Below are positions 14,424 through 27,390 of a DNA stretch of 64,000 bases, one piece after another. Under the pieces are notes generated by a model. That model did not search any database. It was given only the letters and a program-made list of their open reading frames with translations, and was not told where the DNA came from. The position numbers and the translations under genes were made by a program. How positions within the stretch are numbered: position 1 is the first letter of the stretch; every line of letters begins with the position of its first letter. Source of the DNA: the human T2T-CHM13v2.0 reference genome, Homo sapiens; the NCBI RefSeq assembly GCF_009914755.1, contig NC_060932.1. The stretch is one strand, 5' to 3'.

Positions 14424-14848
14424 TAGCACTGACACATACATATGTTTTTTCTAGGTGTTTAATGCAGCTTCAGTTCAACATTTACAAGAACCTATTTTTA
14501 TCCATATACTATCTGATGCTGCGTGGCGATCACCGCTGCCCGGTAAAGGCATAAAGGGACAAAAAGAACCAACCTGAAAATGGCTGAAATATAGAGAGCT
14601 CGCGAGAGGTCCAGCCTGACCTTTTAGCCGTATCCTTTAACTGTCATGTTTTAGGGTGCTCATCACATGATTGTGTATAAAATTCCAGAATGTTAGCATT
14701 TTATTTTACAGATAAGAAAAGTAAGGCCCCCAAAAGAGTACTGACATGTCCAAAGTCTCCCAAGTCAGCCCCAGCATGGAACCTAAGCTTCTTGCCTCCT
14801 TAAAGAAAATAACCAAAAAAAGAAAACTTTATTACTATAAACATATCA

Positions 14849-15174
<326 letters not shown>

Positions 15175-15354
15175 TTATAGTTCCATAAAATATAGAAAAG
15201 CAGAACAAAGAAAAATCAAAGCACTTTCAAATCCATCACTCAATCCATGCAGGTAACTGTGGTTTCTTAATGGTTCTTTTCCCTCCTTTATTTTATGAAA
15301 ATGACTAATATGCTTCCATTAACCATCAGATTAGTGGTAAGAGGAATATGAGAA

Positions 15355-15560
15355 ACATGGTGTGGCAGTGCAGGGTGGTAGTTGAGAGAATAGGATGCCA
15401 CATAATGATGTATTTGATTCTACCCTGGCTGCAGCTTAACCTCTAGGTGTCAGTTTCCTCACTTGGTACAAATAAATAGTAACAGTCCCAAGTCACAGGA
15501 CAGTTGTGAGGATTAACCGAGAAAACTCATATGAAATATTTAGTTTAATGCCTAGAATTC
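15355..15560 (+). mobile_element. MIR
   Basis: cttaacctct...cagtttcctcac...taacagtcc...gttgtgaggattaa. Confidence 0.7.
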
Positions 15561-15643
15561 GGTAAGTATATAATTTATGTTGGTCATTATTGTTAAAGTA
15601 GTAGGACATAGAAAATGAAACTCAACATAACAAGTATACCCAC

Positions 15644-15774
15644 CTAATACTGGCAGGTCATTCAGTTCTGCTTGACTCAAACAAATAGGATTGCCTTCCA
15701 AGCTGACTTTTTGACCAGCATTCTCTAATGTTCTTTTCACTTCTTCAGTAGCTGCTTTCATTGCTTCTGGGTTC
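15644..15774 (-). CDS. CYP7A1: CYP7A1 exon 4 (131 nt)
   Basis: Boundaries taatag|GAAC ... TTAG|gtgggt. Peptide NPEAMKAATEEVKR...DLPVL. Confidence 0.99.
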
Positions 15775-15869
15775 CTATTAAAAGGTAAGAGAAAACATGT
15801 ATGTACAGAAAATAAACTTTTTCCATACTTTGAGATCTGCAAACAAATAGGCCTTTCCCCCTTCTTTTA

Positions 15870-16665
<796 letters not shown>

Positions 16666-17414
16666 TGGTCAGGGCTTTTATAAATAAGTGTTTCTAACAA
16701 GGATTAAACATGTCTAGGGAGCTACATAACAAAATTACAGTAAGTTGAGTCTCAAAATGTTTGATAAGTATTTGTAAGACTATCATAAAATATGGCTACA
16801 ATTTCCTTTATGATGTTAAATTGATGCGTATGCCTGCTGTAAATATGTGAATTTATTCTGGATGTGCTTTTTCAAGTAATAACTTTGGAAGATAGTCAAC
16901 ATTTGTGACAAATTAGTAATAAGTTCTCACATCTGAAATTAAGTTTTAAAATATTTTATAAGACCTAAAGTCATCAGCCATCAATAGAAATTTGGCATTC
17001 CCAATCCTATGGAGGAGCAATTTTGTGTCTACATGATACTAAATATCTAATTTAATTGGAATAATTCAATAGACCATTCTAATTTCAAATTCCCAAAAGA
17101 TTAACACTTTGGAGAGAAATCATGTTATGTAAAACATATGTTATTACAGTTTTTTTCTGTTACATACAGTTTTAAAAAGCACAACCTAGCTAAGTCTCTT
17201 ATCAATAATAATAGATTATGATTGATTCATAGCTCTCATAGTTGGTCAAATAAACAGAAGAACAGCAATTCCTAACTGAGTGAAAACAAACTGTGAATGA
17301 ACAAATAAGTAAGGCATAGTCACCGCCCTGATTGTTGTCCATAAATCAGTAATCACTTAAATACATTTAATGATTATGAAAACTGCATTTATGGAGTGGA
17401 GTTGGCGTCGTGAA

Positions 17415-17640
17415 GAACAGTATGGGGTTAAGAGCAAGGGCTCTGGGCCAGGCAGCCTGAATTGACCCAACACCAGCACATACAAGCTCCGTGGCTTGGG
17501 GTGACATCTCTTTCTCTGGGACTGTCTTTGTTTCTATAAAACACTTTTACCAGCCATAGCTGCCTATGTTTTTCTGCGGACTGAATGAACTCATATATGT
17601 TAAACACTAACATGCATTAGTGCTACGTTCTTGATTGACG
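17415..17640 (+). mobile_element. MIR
   Basis: ggttaagagcaagggctctgggccaggcagcctga...gtttctataaaa. Confidence 0.65.
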
Positions 17641-17741
17641 GCATGATAAAGTACTACGAGGCTTTTTTTCTTAAAGTTAAAGTGGTTTAATTTCTACTTT
17701 CTACTAAAATAAAAAAAAGAAATGGATATGGCGTTAGTCAC

Positions 17742-18328
17742 CTAATCATTTGAAATAAACTCCAGAAAGTCGCTGGAATGGTGTTTGCTTGCGATGCCCA
17801 GAGGACCACGAGGTGTGTCTTGGCCTTCTCCAGATCATCAAAGGTGGACAAAGTGTCATTGAGAAACATGCGCAGGCTGATCAGTTCTGAGATGCTTTCC
17901 CTCTTTTGGAGGTTCTCGTGCCTCAAGCTCTCTGCCAGTTTCTCCCGGGCATTGTGCGCAGTCCTGAACATGTGAATGGGGAGGCCTGCTACCAGGGCTG
18001 GAAAGACTTTGTCGAATTGCTTGAAGTTGTCAAGATTGTTTAGAATATGTGCTTTCTGTGTGTCCCGCCTTGTAAGATCTCTGCCAAAGATAGTTAAATA
18101 CCCAGCTTCAAACATCACTCGGTAGCAGAAAGAATACATCCCTTCTGTCACCCAGGCAGCGGTCTTTGAGTTAGAGGAGACTGGAGGTCTCATGATACGT
18201 TGGAGGTTTTCCATCATGCTTTCCGTGAGGGAATTCAAGGCATGGCCCTGCAGGGTTTTGATGAAAGTGTCGTTTATGTTTTCAGTGGTATTTCCATCCA
18301 TCGGGTCAATGCTTCTGTGCCCAAATGC
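17742..18328 (-). CDS. CYP7A1: CYP7A1 exon 3 (587 nt)
   Basis: Boundaries atcag|GCA ... ATTAG|gtgact. Peptide AFGHRSIDPMDGN...LWASQANTIPATFW (CYP7/8-type I-helix). Confidence 0.99.
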
Positions 18329-18651
18329 CTGATAGCAAATAAAACATGCAGAAAAAGAAGTTAAACCTGACCTAGTCATAGTAAATGACTGAAAAACGGA
18401 TTAGATACTTTCATAGTTCCTTACTTGGTAAACACGGGAAATTGGCTTTCCCTTGTACAAGTTCATAGCACTTTACAAATAAATGACCAAACTGTACCTT
18501 TCCTTTAAAGCCAACTTCAGTGGCACTCCCCTGGATCACTCAAGTCATCTATGTCTTATTTCTTATGCTACTGCACTTATTTACAGCTATTGCACATAAA
18601 CTAATTGATAATGTTTTAAAATCATTAGTTATCTTTTATATTATTTGTAGA

Positions 18652-18820
<169 letters not shown>

Positions 18821-19366
18821 TAGATGTATTTTAACCAAACTTTAAGCTACTTAGTCACAAAGACCAAAGCTAATATTTATTTGCAGTAAGTAAGTAGTTA
18901 TTGGTTTTTTTTCTCAGTAACAGATCTTCTTTTATTACATCTAAATGATGTTAAAATATCTTGCCAATTCCTTATCAAAATGAAACACTGTGTGGCACAA
19001 GTGTGGTGAGACAACTGCTGAATGTTAGGTTTCCGTCACTTGCATTCTTGCATAGACATTGCTGATGTGATGAATTTTTATCTATCTTATTCGTACAGTG
19101 CCACCTGTCTCAGTAGAGCATTTAATCTGTATTTCACCCTCATTAGCTCGTCAACAAATGACAAATCTATACCTATTTTGACTTTCTAAATGATTATTAC
19201 TAAGAAGCTACGTATAATTTATTTATGTTTCTAAGAATCTCCACATAAGGATAACTCTCTTCAACACCTTTATCATAAAATCTAAGTACATCAAAATTTC
19301 TAAATAGACAAGCACATAAAAAGGTAGAAGACAAACAGAATGGTATATAAATGTAAAACTGCTTAC

Positions 19367-19607
19367 CTTCGCAGAAGTAGCAAAGTGAAATTTTTTCCAA
19401 TCAAAATATTTTCCGTGGCACAACACCTTATGGTATGACAAGGGATTTGTGATGAAATGGACATATTTTCCCATTAGTTTGCAGGTAAAAACATGACCAT
19501 GTTTCCTTTGATTTGCTCTGAGGAACTCAAGAGGATTGGCACCAAATTGCAGAGCACAGCCCAGGTATGGAATTAATCCATTCTCTAGAGGTGGTTCACC
19601 CGTTTGC
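19367..19607 (-). CDS. CYP7A1: CYP7A1 exon 2 (241 nt)
   Basis: Boundaries gacag|GCAA ... AAG|gtaagc. Peptide QTGEPPLENGLIPYLGCALQFG...FATSAK. Confidence 0.99.
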
Positions 19608-21156
19608 CTGTCAGACACAAGTGTATGATAGACATGGATGATTACAGTTTTGGGTTTTTACTTACATCAGGTTTTAAAATTTTTCCCACTGACTTCAAAC
19701 TTTGAAACCCTATAGTTTATAGATATTTCTTTTGTTGGATGGGCCCTGCTCTTTTACTACAGTAATAGGTTATATTAACCTAGTAACATGATATGTTGGT
19801 GGAAAGGATTACTAAATCCATCCATTCATGCATCCGTCCATATACACATTCAACAAGCACCCGTCTACTATGTGCTCATCACTTTTCCCAGTGATACAGG
19901 CAAAAGGATTTACAAGACCAACAAGATTCTTGTTGTCAGTGCGGAAACAAAACTACATTCTAGTGTTTATCACTTTGCTAAGCATCATTTTTCTAAATAT
20001 CTCAAAATGTTTCTTTTGATTATTTTCTTTAAAGACACAGATCACTGAATAAGGGAGGATTTCAGAACTGAGGTTTTGAAAATATTCCTAGTTTAAAGAT
20101 ATCTATATTATATTCTATAAGGATGGTTTCAGAGAAGAAGAATCTCATGTGAGAAATCAGCTTATTATAAAATGAAATTGAGTAAGATAAACACTGACGG
20201 AATCATCTATTGTAATTCAGTGCTCCTTTAAAATGTTTTTATTAGAACATGTAAACTTATTTTCCAACATAAACTTCTGTACCTCTTGATAGAATAATAC
20301 AGTATAAAGTAATTACCTTTCTTTTCTTAGTTTGAAGATAAGTAGTTTAATTAAAAGTAAAAACTATCAGGCCTGAAAGAAACTGCAAAAGGCAGAAAAC
20401 ACATAGCAATCTACAAAGCTGAAAGATGGTTAGGGTTATTTTCTCTTTTTGAGATTGACATAGCAGAGAATATCTATATGCCTCCCCACAATTACTCCTT
20501 GAGCCAATTAGAAGTTAAATAAACTATGGTTCTGGATCTGACTGTATTTGTTTTTCTTGCATTCTTGAACCAGTTGTAAATAAATGAAATCGATGTCACA
20601 TACACTCAGCAAACTTTCCCAATTCACCACAGTTGATTAACATTTATTTAAAAACAGTAATAGAATGATCAGCTCAGGCTCTATGCTCTTGTTCAGGCTT
20701 AGGCTGAGTCTATGCGATGCACAAGAATGAGCTTAAAAGAGAACATTTATTTAACAAGAGTATCTATTGAAGCCATGTGAGAGAAAGCAATCCTTTCCAT
20801 TGTAGATTCCCACTTGCTACTTGTATCCTTACTAATCTGGGCTTCCTCTTTAGATACACATATAAATGTACATAGAGACCTTATACAATTTCTGTCAGTT
20901 ATGTTTAACACCAATATACATTTATATATTACCATCGGTATATGCCAATACTAAAAAGGGAAGCTGTCATATGTCTTGTGAGATATAGTAAAAAAGATAT
21001 TACTTTAAAAATTCAAATCAAATTTTTCATTTAAAAAATAAGGAAGATAATGCTAATATGTGTAAGTATAGAAAACCAAATTTACTGTATAAAAATGAAG
21101 GTAAAAAAATTAAATGGATGAATCAAAGAGCAATTTAAAGATAAAACATTACTTAC

Positions 21157-21236
21157 CTTCTCCTAATTCCAAGAATAAGCCATAGACAACAGCATGCTGC
21201 TATAGCAATCCCCCAAATCAAAGATGTGGTCATCAT
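21157..21236 (-). CDS. CYP7A1: CYP7A1 exon 1 coding part (80 nt; ER membrane anchor)
   Basis: ATG at 21236; MMTTSLIWGIAIAACCCLWLILGIRR(R); donor AG|gtaagt. Phases match exon 2 and the spliced CDS totals 1515 nt. Confidence 0.98.
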
Positions 21237-21301
21237 TTTGCAAATCTAGGCCAAAATCTCTGAGGAAGAAAATCTCTGATTAGAAAGGGAAGGATGCCAC
21301 T
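21237..21301 (-). other. CYP7A1: CYP7A1 5'UTR; TSS near 21301
   Basis: About 25-30 nt downstream of the TATA box; begins AGTGGCATCC as in the known mRNA (recalled). Confidence 0.8.
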
Positions 21302-21322
21302 GAAAAGAGACTCAAGCTAGGC

Positions 21323-21332
21323 TTTTTATATA
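21323..21332 (-). promoter_or_regulatory. CYP7A1: TATA box (TATATAAAAA)
   Basis: Canonical sequence and spacing. Confidence 0.92.
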
Positions 21333-21355
21333 CATAGTATCCAGATCCATTAACT

Positions 21356-21380
21356 TGAGCTTGGTTGACAAAGCAAACAA
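21356..21380 (-). promoter_or_regulatory. CYP7A1: BARE-I: degenerate DR4 (TTGTCA acca AGCTCA) with adjacent FOXA site (TGTTTGCT)
   Basis: Motifs seen directly; position matches the described BARE-I. Confidence 0.85.
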
Positions 21381-21424
21381 TTAGCCATTTGTTCATTCTA
21401 TTAGAAAAAAAAAAGTGGTAGTAA

Positions 21425-21444
21425 CTGGCCTTGAACTAAGTCCA
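21425..21444 (-). promoter_or_regulatory. CYP7A1: BARE-II: HNF4A DR1 (TGGACT t AGTTCA) overlapping the LRH-1/NR5A2 site (TCAAGGCCA)
   Basis: Minus strand TGGACTTAGTTCAAGGCCAG; the established target of FXR-SHP/FGF19 repression. Confidence 0.93.
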
Positions 21445-22129
21445 CAGGTATCAGAAGTGGTTCCAAAGCAATCAGAGACCTGCAATACTTGATAAGTTGA
21501 AGGTCTCTCAAATATATGTTGACTTAACATTCGGACCTGGGGACAACAGCTAATATTAAGAGTTTGGTATGTGTAAAAAGAACAAATAAACCTGTTTAAG
21601 ATGGGCATAGCTAATAAATACATAAACTATAATCATTTAAAGAAAGATAAGAATGAGTTATTCATCAAGCTTATAATTTGGTCTTGTTAACTTTTAAAGA
21701 AGAATTAATTTAGGTGCTTTGCCAGAGAGACGGTGATCAAGTTCAGAGGAAAGAGAACTGGGAAAAACATTTCTGCTGCTTCATGTTTCAGTGCTTTTAT
21801 AAAATCATAGATATTTTACTACATATAGTAACATGTTACTCACCTAACATCCTCAAGAGAGTATTCTACATAAGTGCATCCTCTAGATAAATATAACTTA
21901 TTGGAAGCATCAAAATTTTATCTATCATTCTTGTGACTAAAATGTTTATCAATGTTTCTAATTATTAAAGTAATAAATTTCATTTCAAGTAAGTTAAGAC
22001 TAACTAAAACATATCTTGGTGGAAAGTGAACATCTATTAATAATTTACCTACCATGCTACTCCTTTACTCAGAAGTAACCACTAGTAACAATTTGGCATC
22101 TGTTCTTCCAAACTTTATTTCTGTGTACA

Positions 22130-22560
22130 CAAAAATATTAGTTGAGTATTTATTACGTGCCAAGAACTCTTCAAAAGTATTCCAGTTGCAGGCATTAATA
22201 AGATAGGCAGATTTCCTAATCTAATGGAGATTCTATTCCAATGGAGAAAGGAGTAATAAAATACATGTTATGAAAAAAATAAAACATGGTATAGAAAGCT
22301 ATGGGGGAATGAGGACAACTTTAGATATGATGATCAGAGATGGGCTCTCTGAAATTGTGACATTTGAGATCTGAATGACAAGAAGAGACTACTCATGTGA
22401 ATATCAGAAGGAAGGATATTCCAGGAAGAGGAAGCAGCAAATGCAATGTCTTGAGTCAAGGATCAACTTGGTGAGTCTAAGAACCAAAAAGAAGGATGTA
22501 TCCTACTGAAGCAGAGTGAATGAGAGTTCACAGAATTAAGACAAAAGAAGGTAGGCAACA
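22130..22560 (-). mobile_element. L2 3' fragment
   Basis: atattagttgagtatttattacgtgccaag...gggctctctga...gacatttgag resembles the L2 3' end. Confidence 0.7.
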
Positions 22561-23143
22561 GTACTGTGTGTGTATATATATGTATATAAACACACACACA
22601 CATACACCCACAGTATTCTCTATATTTATACATGTGTGTATCTATATGTGTGTATAAATAATTATATTGAATATGTGCTTAATCTTCCATTGGATAAATG
22701 TACTATAATTTATTTAACTGATTTCCTATTGATGGATATGTGGGTTGTTTCCAGTTTTGGCTATAGATGCCATAGATTTATTTCATGTGTTTTTTGTTTT
22801 TGCCTGTTTAAACAGAGATCACACATTTTTTGTGTGTAATTTATCACCATAAATATTAATATCAATCATTGTATGGCAGTACATAGATTTTTCTTAGAAT
22901 CTAGGTTTTTGGGGGGCTTTGTGCATTTATTTAGACAGGTGGATTTTTAAAAAATTAATATATCTTTTTAAAAATATGGCTTATAGAAAAGCTGATCTTA
23001 TACATGGACAATCACAGCAAGATATCCCAGTCAGATAAAATGCCAATCTAATATCCAAATAATACAGCCCTTTAGAGTTACTTCTCGGGCAAATGAAGAA
23101 CAAGCAAATATACAAAAATGGAAAGGAAGTCAGGCATGGTAGT

Positions 23144-23486
23144 GTGACATGGTTTGGCTGTGTCCCCATCCAAATCTCATCTTGAATTCTCACGTGTTGT
23201 GGGAGGAACCTGGTAGGAGGTGACTGAATTATGGGTGCAGTTCTTTCCTGTGCTATTGTCATGATAATGAATAAATTTCATGAGATCTGATGGTTTTAAA
23301 AAGAGGAGTTTCCCTGCACAAGCTCTTTTCTTGTCTGCTGCCATGTGAGATGTGCCTTTCTCCTTCCATCATGATTGTGAGGCCTCCCAAGTGATGTAGA
23401 ATTGTAAGTCCAATAAACCTCTTTCTTTTGTAAATTGTCCAGTTTCAGGTATGTCTTTATCAGCAGCATGAAAATCGACTAATACA
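23144..23486 (+). mobile_element. THE1-family MaLR 5' LTR
   Basis: tgacatggtttggctgtgtccccatccaaatctcatcttgaatt ... aataaacctc ... actaataca, followed directly by internal sequence. Confidence 0.92.
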
Positions 23487-24540
<1,054 letters not shown>

Positions 24541-24589
24541 TGGGCCACATAGACAGACACCAACTTTTTTTTTTTTTTTTTTTTTTAAA

Positions 24590-24678
24590 GGGAAAGGGTA
24601 TGGGGGAACCTCTCAGTACAATCTTAGCAACTTCCTGTGAATCTAAAATCATTTTGAAATTAAAAGGCTTCCAAAAAT
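24590..24678 (+). mobile_element. L1M extreme 3' end
   Basis: gggtatgggggaacctctcagtacaatcttagcaacttcctgtgaatctaaaatc. Confidence 0.7.
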
Positions 24679-24691
24679 GGTAAATACATGG

Positions 24692-25437
24692 CTTTGCAGA
24701 TGCTGATGACACCCGGAGCCCCCTGCTATCAGCCATGGTCAACTCCACTGTATTATCTAACATCTTGGGTCATGCCTTTTTTGAGCTGTTTGCAGACAGA
24801 GTTCCAAAGACAGCAGAAAACTTTCATGCTCTGAGCACTGGAGAGAAAGGATTTGGGTATAAGGGTTCCTGTTTTTACAGAATTATTCCAGGGTTTATGT
24901 GTCAAGGTGGTGACTTCACATGCCATAATGGCACTGGTGGTAAGTCCATCTACAGGGAGAAATTTGATGACAAGAACTACATCCTGAAGCATGCAGGTCC
25001 TGTGTTGTTCATGGCAAATGCTGAACCCAACACAAACGGTTTCCAGTTTTTCATCTGCACTGCCAAGGCTGAGTAGCTGGATGGCAAGCATGTGGTCTTT
25101 GGCAAGGTGAAAGAAGTCATGAGTATTGTGAAGGCCATGGAGAGCTTTGGGTCCAGGAAGGGCAAAACCAGCAAGATCACCATTGCTGACTGTGCACAAC
25201 TCTAATAAATTTGACTTGTGTTTTATCCTAACCACAGACCTTGTGAGAGCACCCCTCCACCCCATTTGCTCACGTTATCCTATAATCTTTGTGCTCTTGC
25301 TACAGCTCCTTTGGGTGTTATATATTCCCTATTCCCTTCCATACCTAGCTGGATTGCAGAGTTAAGTTTATGATTATGAAATAAAACTATATAAAGCTAA
25401 ATAAAAACTAAATAACAACTGTCAAAAAAAAAAAAAA
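24692..25437 (+). pseudogene. PPIAP85: PPIA (cyclophilin A) processed pseudogene; probably the locus annotated PPIAP85 (name recalled, unverified)
   Basis: Intronless; 5'UTR, ATG at 24735, [15 protein letters not shown]...FMCQGGDFT...FFICTAK. Premature TAG at 25074-25076; the frame continues [13 protein letters not shown]...ADCAQL*. PPIA-like 3'UTR, AATAAA and A tail at 25424-25437. Confidence 0.95.
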
Positions 25438-25969
25438 CTGTGAAATATATTCACAACCCTCCTCACCCCCTCTCAGAACATCACAAGCTCCTTTCAAATG
25501 TAGATTGGTCAGTGTTTATCTAGATTTCCTTTACCCTAATATTTTTACTCCCACACTTACAACCCCTCTTCTATACAACAAAAGCACAGGAAACATACAC
25601 ACCCAGAAAAGCAGAGTCTTAAATATTCATATTTATTCATTTTTCTTATTATACGTAGTTTATGTTTTTCCTTCTCAGGATGTCACTTCTTGCTGCTGTC
25701 ATGTGTCCACAAATGGTACTTATCACAGCCCAAATGTGCTGCTTTTAATCCAACAGGTGGAAATTCATATGCTTGTTACAGCTGTCAAAACTATTAATAG
25801 ACTGTAAGGAAATACTAAAAGATTTCCTGATGAGTGAATGGATTTTATGACAACTGGATGTGTTTTTAGCACAGCGCCTGGTGCATCAGTTATTGAATGA
25901 ATGCTAGCTCAATGGCACGTCCTTTGCCTGCTTTTCTCTTCTCTTTTTTTCGGCTGGTAAAGTTTTATT

Positions 25970-26075
25970 TATTCTCTTTCTCTATGTCTCTGTCTCACCA
26001 TCTTTCTCTCTGTGTGTCTCTCTTGTTTCTCTGTCTCTCTCTGTGTCTCACTCTCTCTGTCTCTCTCTGTCTGTG

Positions 26076-26106
<31 letters not shown>
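25970..26106. repeat. CT/CTGT-rich low-complexity tract followed by (CA)15
   Basis: Seen directly. Confidence 0.9.
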
Positions 26107-26108
<2 letters not shown>

Positions 26109-27164
26109 CTGTACCTCTACTACATGCCAGGCTCTGAGTCAGCAGTGGAGACAATGTGAGCAAGAAAGCCCTGAGCCCTGGCCCTGTGGAGTTTCCACTG
26201 CGTCAGGAGAAAGCGTAAGTGCCCTGACAAAGAAAAGAGGTAAAGTTGCCAGAAAACCTGGCAAAATAAACTGAGTTCTAATAATAAACTAAATTCTAAT
26301 CCCACCACAACCTGTTAGTTTCCTCTTGTTTACATAGAGTAGTGAAGAGGACCACACTTCCTAAAGTGTGGAAGAAATACTTATTCCGGGCCTCAGAAAA
26401 TATAAAGCCTGAATCAAATATCTCAACCCCATGAATGGAAATATACAAAACATAGAAGCTCAAACCAGAGGAGTAGAATGTAAAAAGAACAACTAAAACT
26501 ATGAGCTTATGTAAACCCACTATGGTTCAATGAACATAGAACACACACATCAGTTTGATTGCTTTAAATAAAATGAACTGAGAACATGGCCAAAAAATTG
26601 AGTCAAACCAGTTGCTTTCCTGAATTCACAAGTTAAACCACCTCTCTGTAGTGGGACACAGATTGCCTCAATTAAGAAAGCACTTTGCATTTTCCAAGAG
26701 CATCACAGAGCTGTACTGAATCAAGACTGTATATGAGGTTTCTAAGTCAGGGCAAAGTAATGGGAGTCTATTGTGGAATGGGCTGGTGAAGTCTTGTCGT
26801 GATTAATTTGGGGCTTTCATAATAAACACATTCGAGCCACATTTTCATGAAGCCATAGGGAAAGAAACCAGTTATGGCAAATACAAATATAGTTTTGCAT
26901 CTTAAATACATGGTTTTGAGATTGTAAATGCCTAGCAGGAGTAGAGAAAAAGAAGGTGTTGACAAATTCTAAAGGAATCATCATAATTTTTACATTCATT
27001 TTGAGGTTTTCACATTTTAAAAGCTTCTCTTGTATTTTTCTACTTTAATGAAATAACTAACTTGGGCAGGACAGGTATTTTGACCATGTTAAAGATGAGG
27101 AAGTAGAGGCAAGAAGGTTCAGTGGGAAATATTACATAGCTTGAATTAGTTCGAATGGTAGATG

Positions 27165-27390
27165 AAGAGGAAGCTGCAATTAAATCTAGATTTGCATGTT
27201 GGCTTGGCCATTAAGTATTTACCTTTGAACAAGATGCTTTTCCTCTCCAAGTCTTTGCTTTCTTATCTGTAAAATGGGGATGATTATAGTGCATGACTCA
27301 TAGATATTAAGACGAAATAAGACAATGTGTGTAAGACAGTTAGCCTAGCACTTGGCACAATGTATGCTCAAAAATGTTTGCTATAGTTAA
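27165..27390 (+). mobile_element. MIR
   Basis: tcttatctgtaaaatggggatgattatagt...cctagcacttggcacaatgtatgctcaaaaatgtt. Confidence 0.75.

Noticed and set aside
14517-14555. Tiny ORF MLRGDHRCPVKA with bacterial-looking codons as evidence of foreign DNA
   Set aside because: Twelve codons are too few to distinguish from chance; kept only as part of the CpG-island observation.
24753-25265. 170-aa minus-strand ORF
   Set aside because: Antisense shadow of the PPIA retrocopy; no independent support.
24673-25450. TSD for the PPIA retrocopy (aaatggtaaatacat vs aaactgtgaaatatat)
   Set aside because: Too degenerate to call with confidence.
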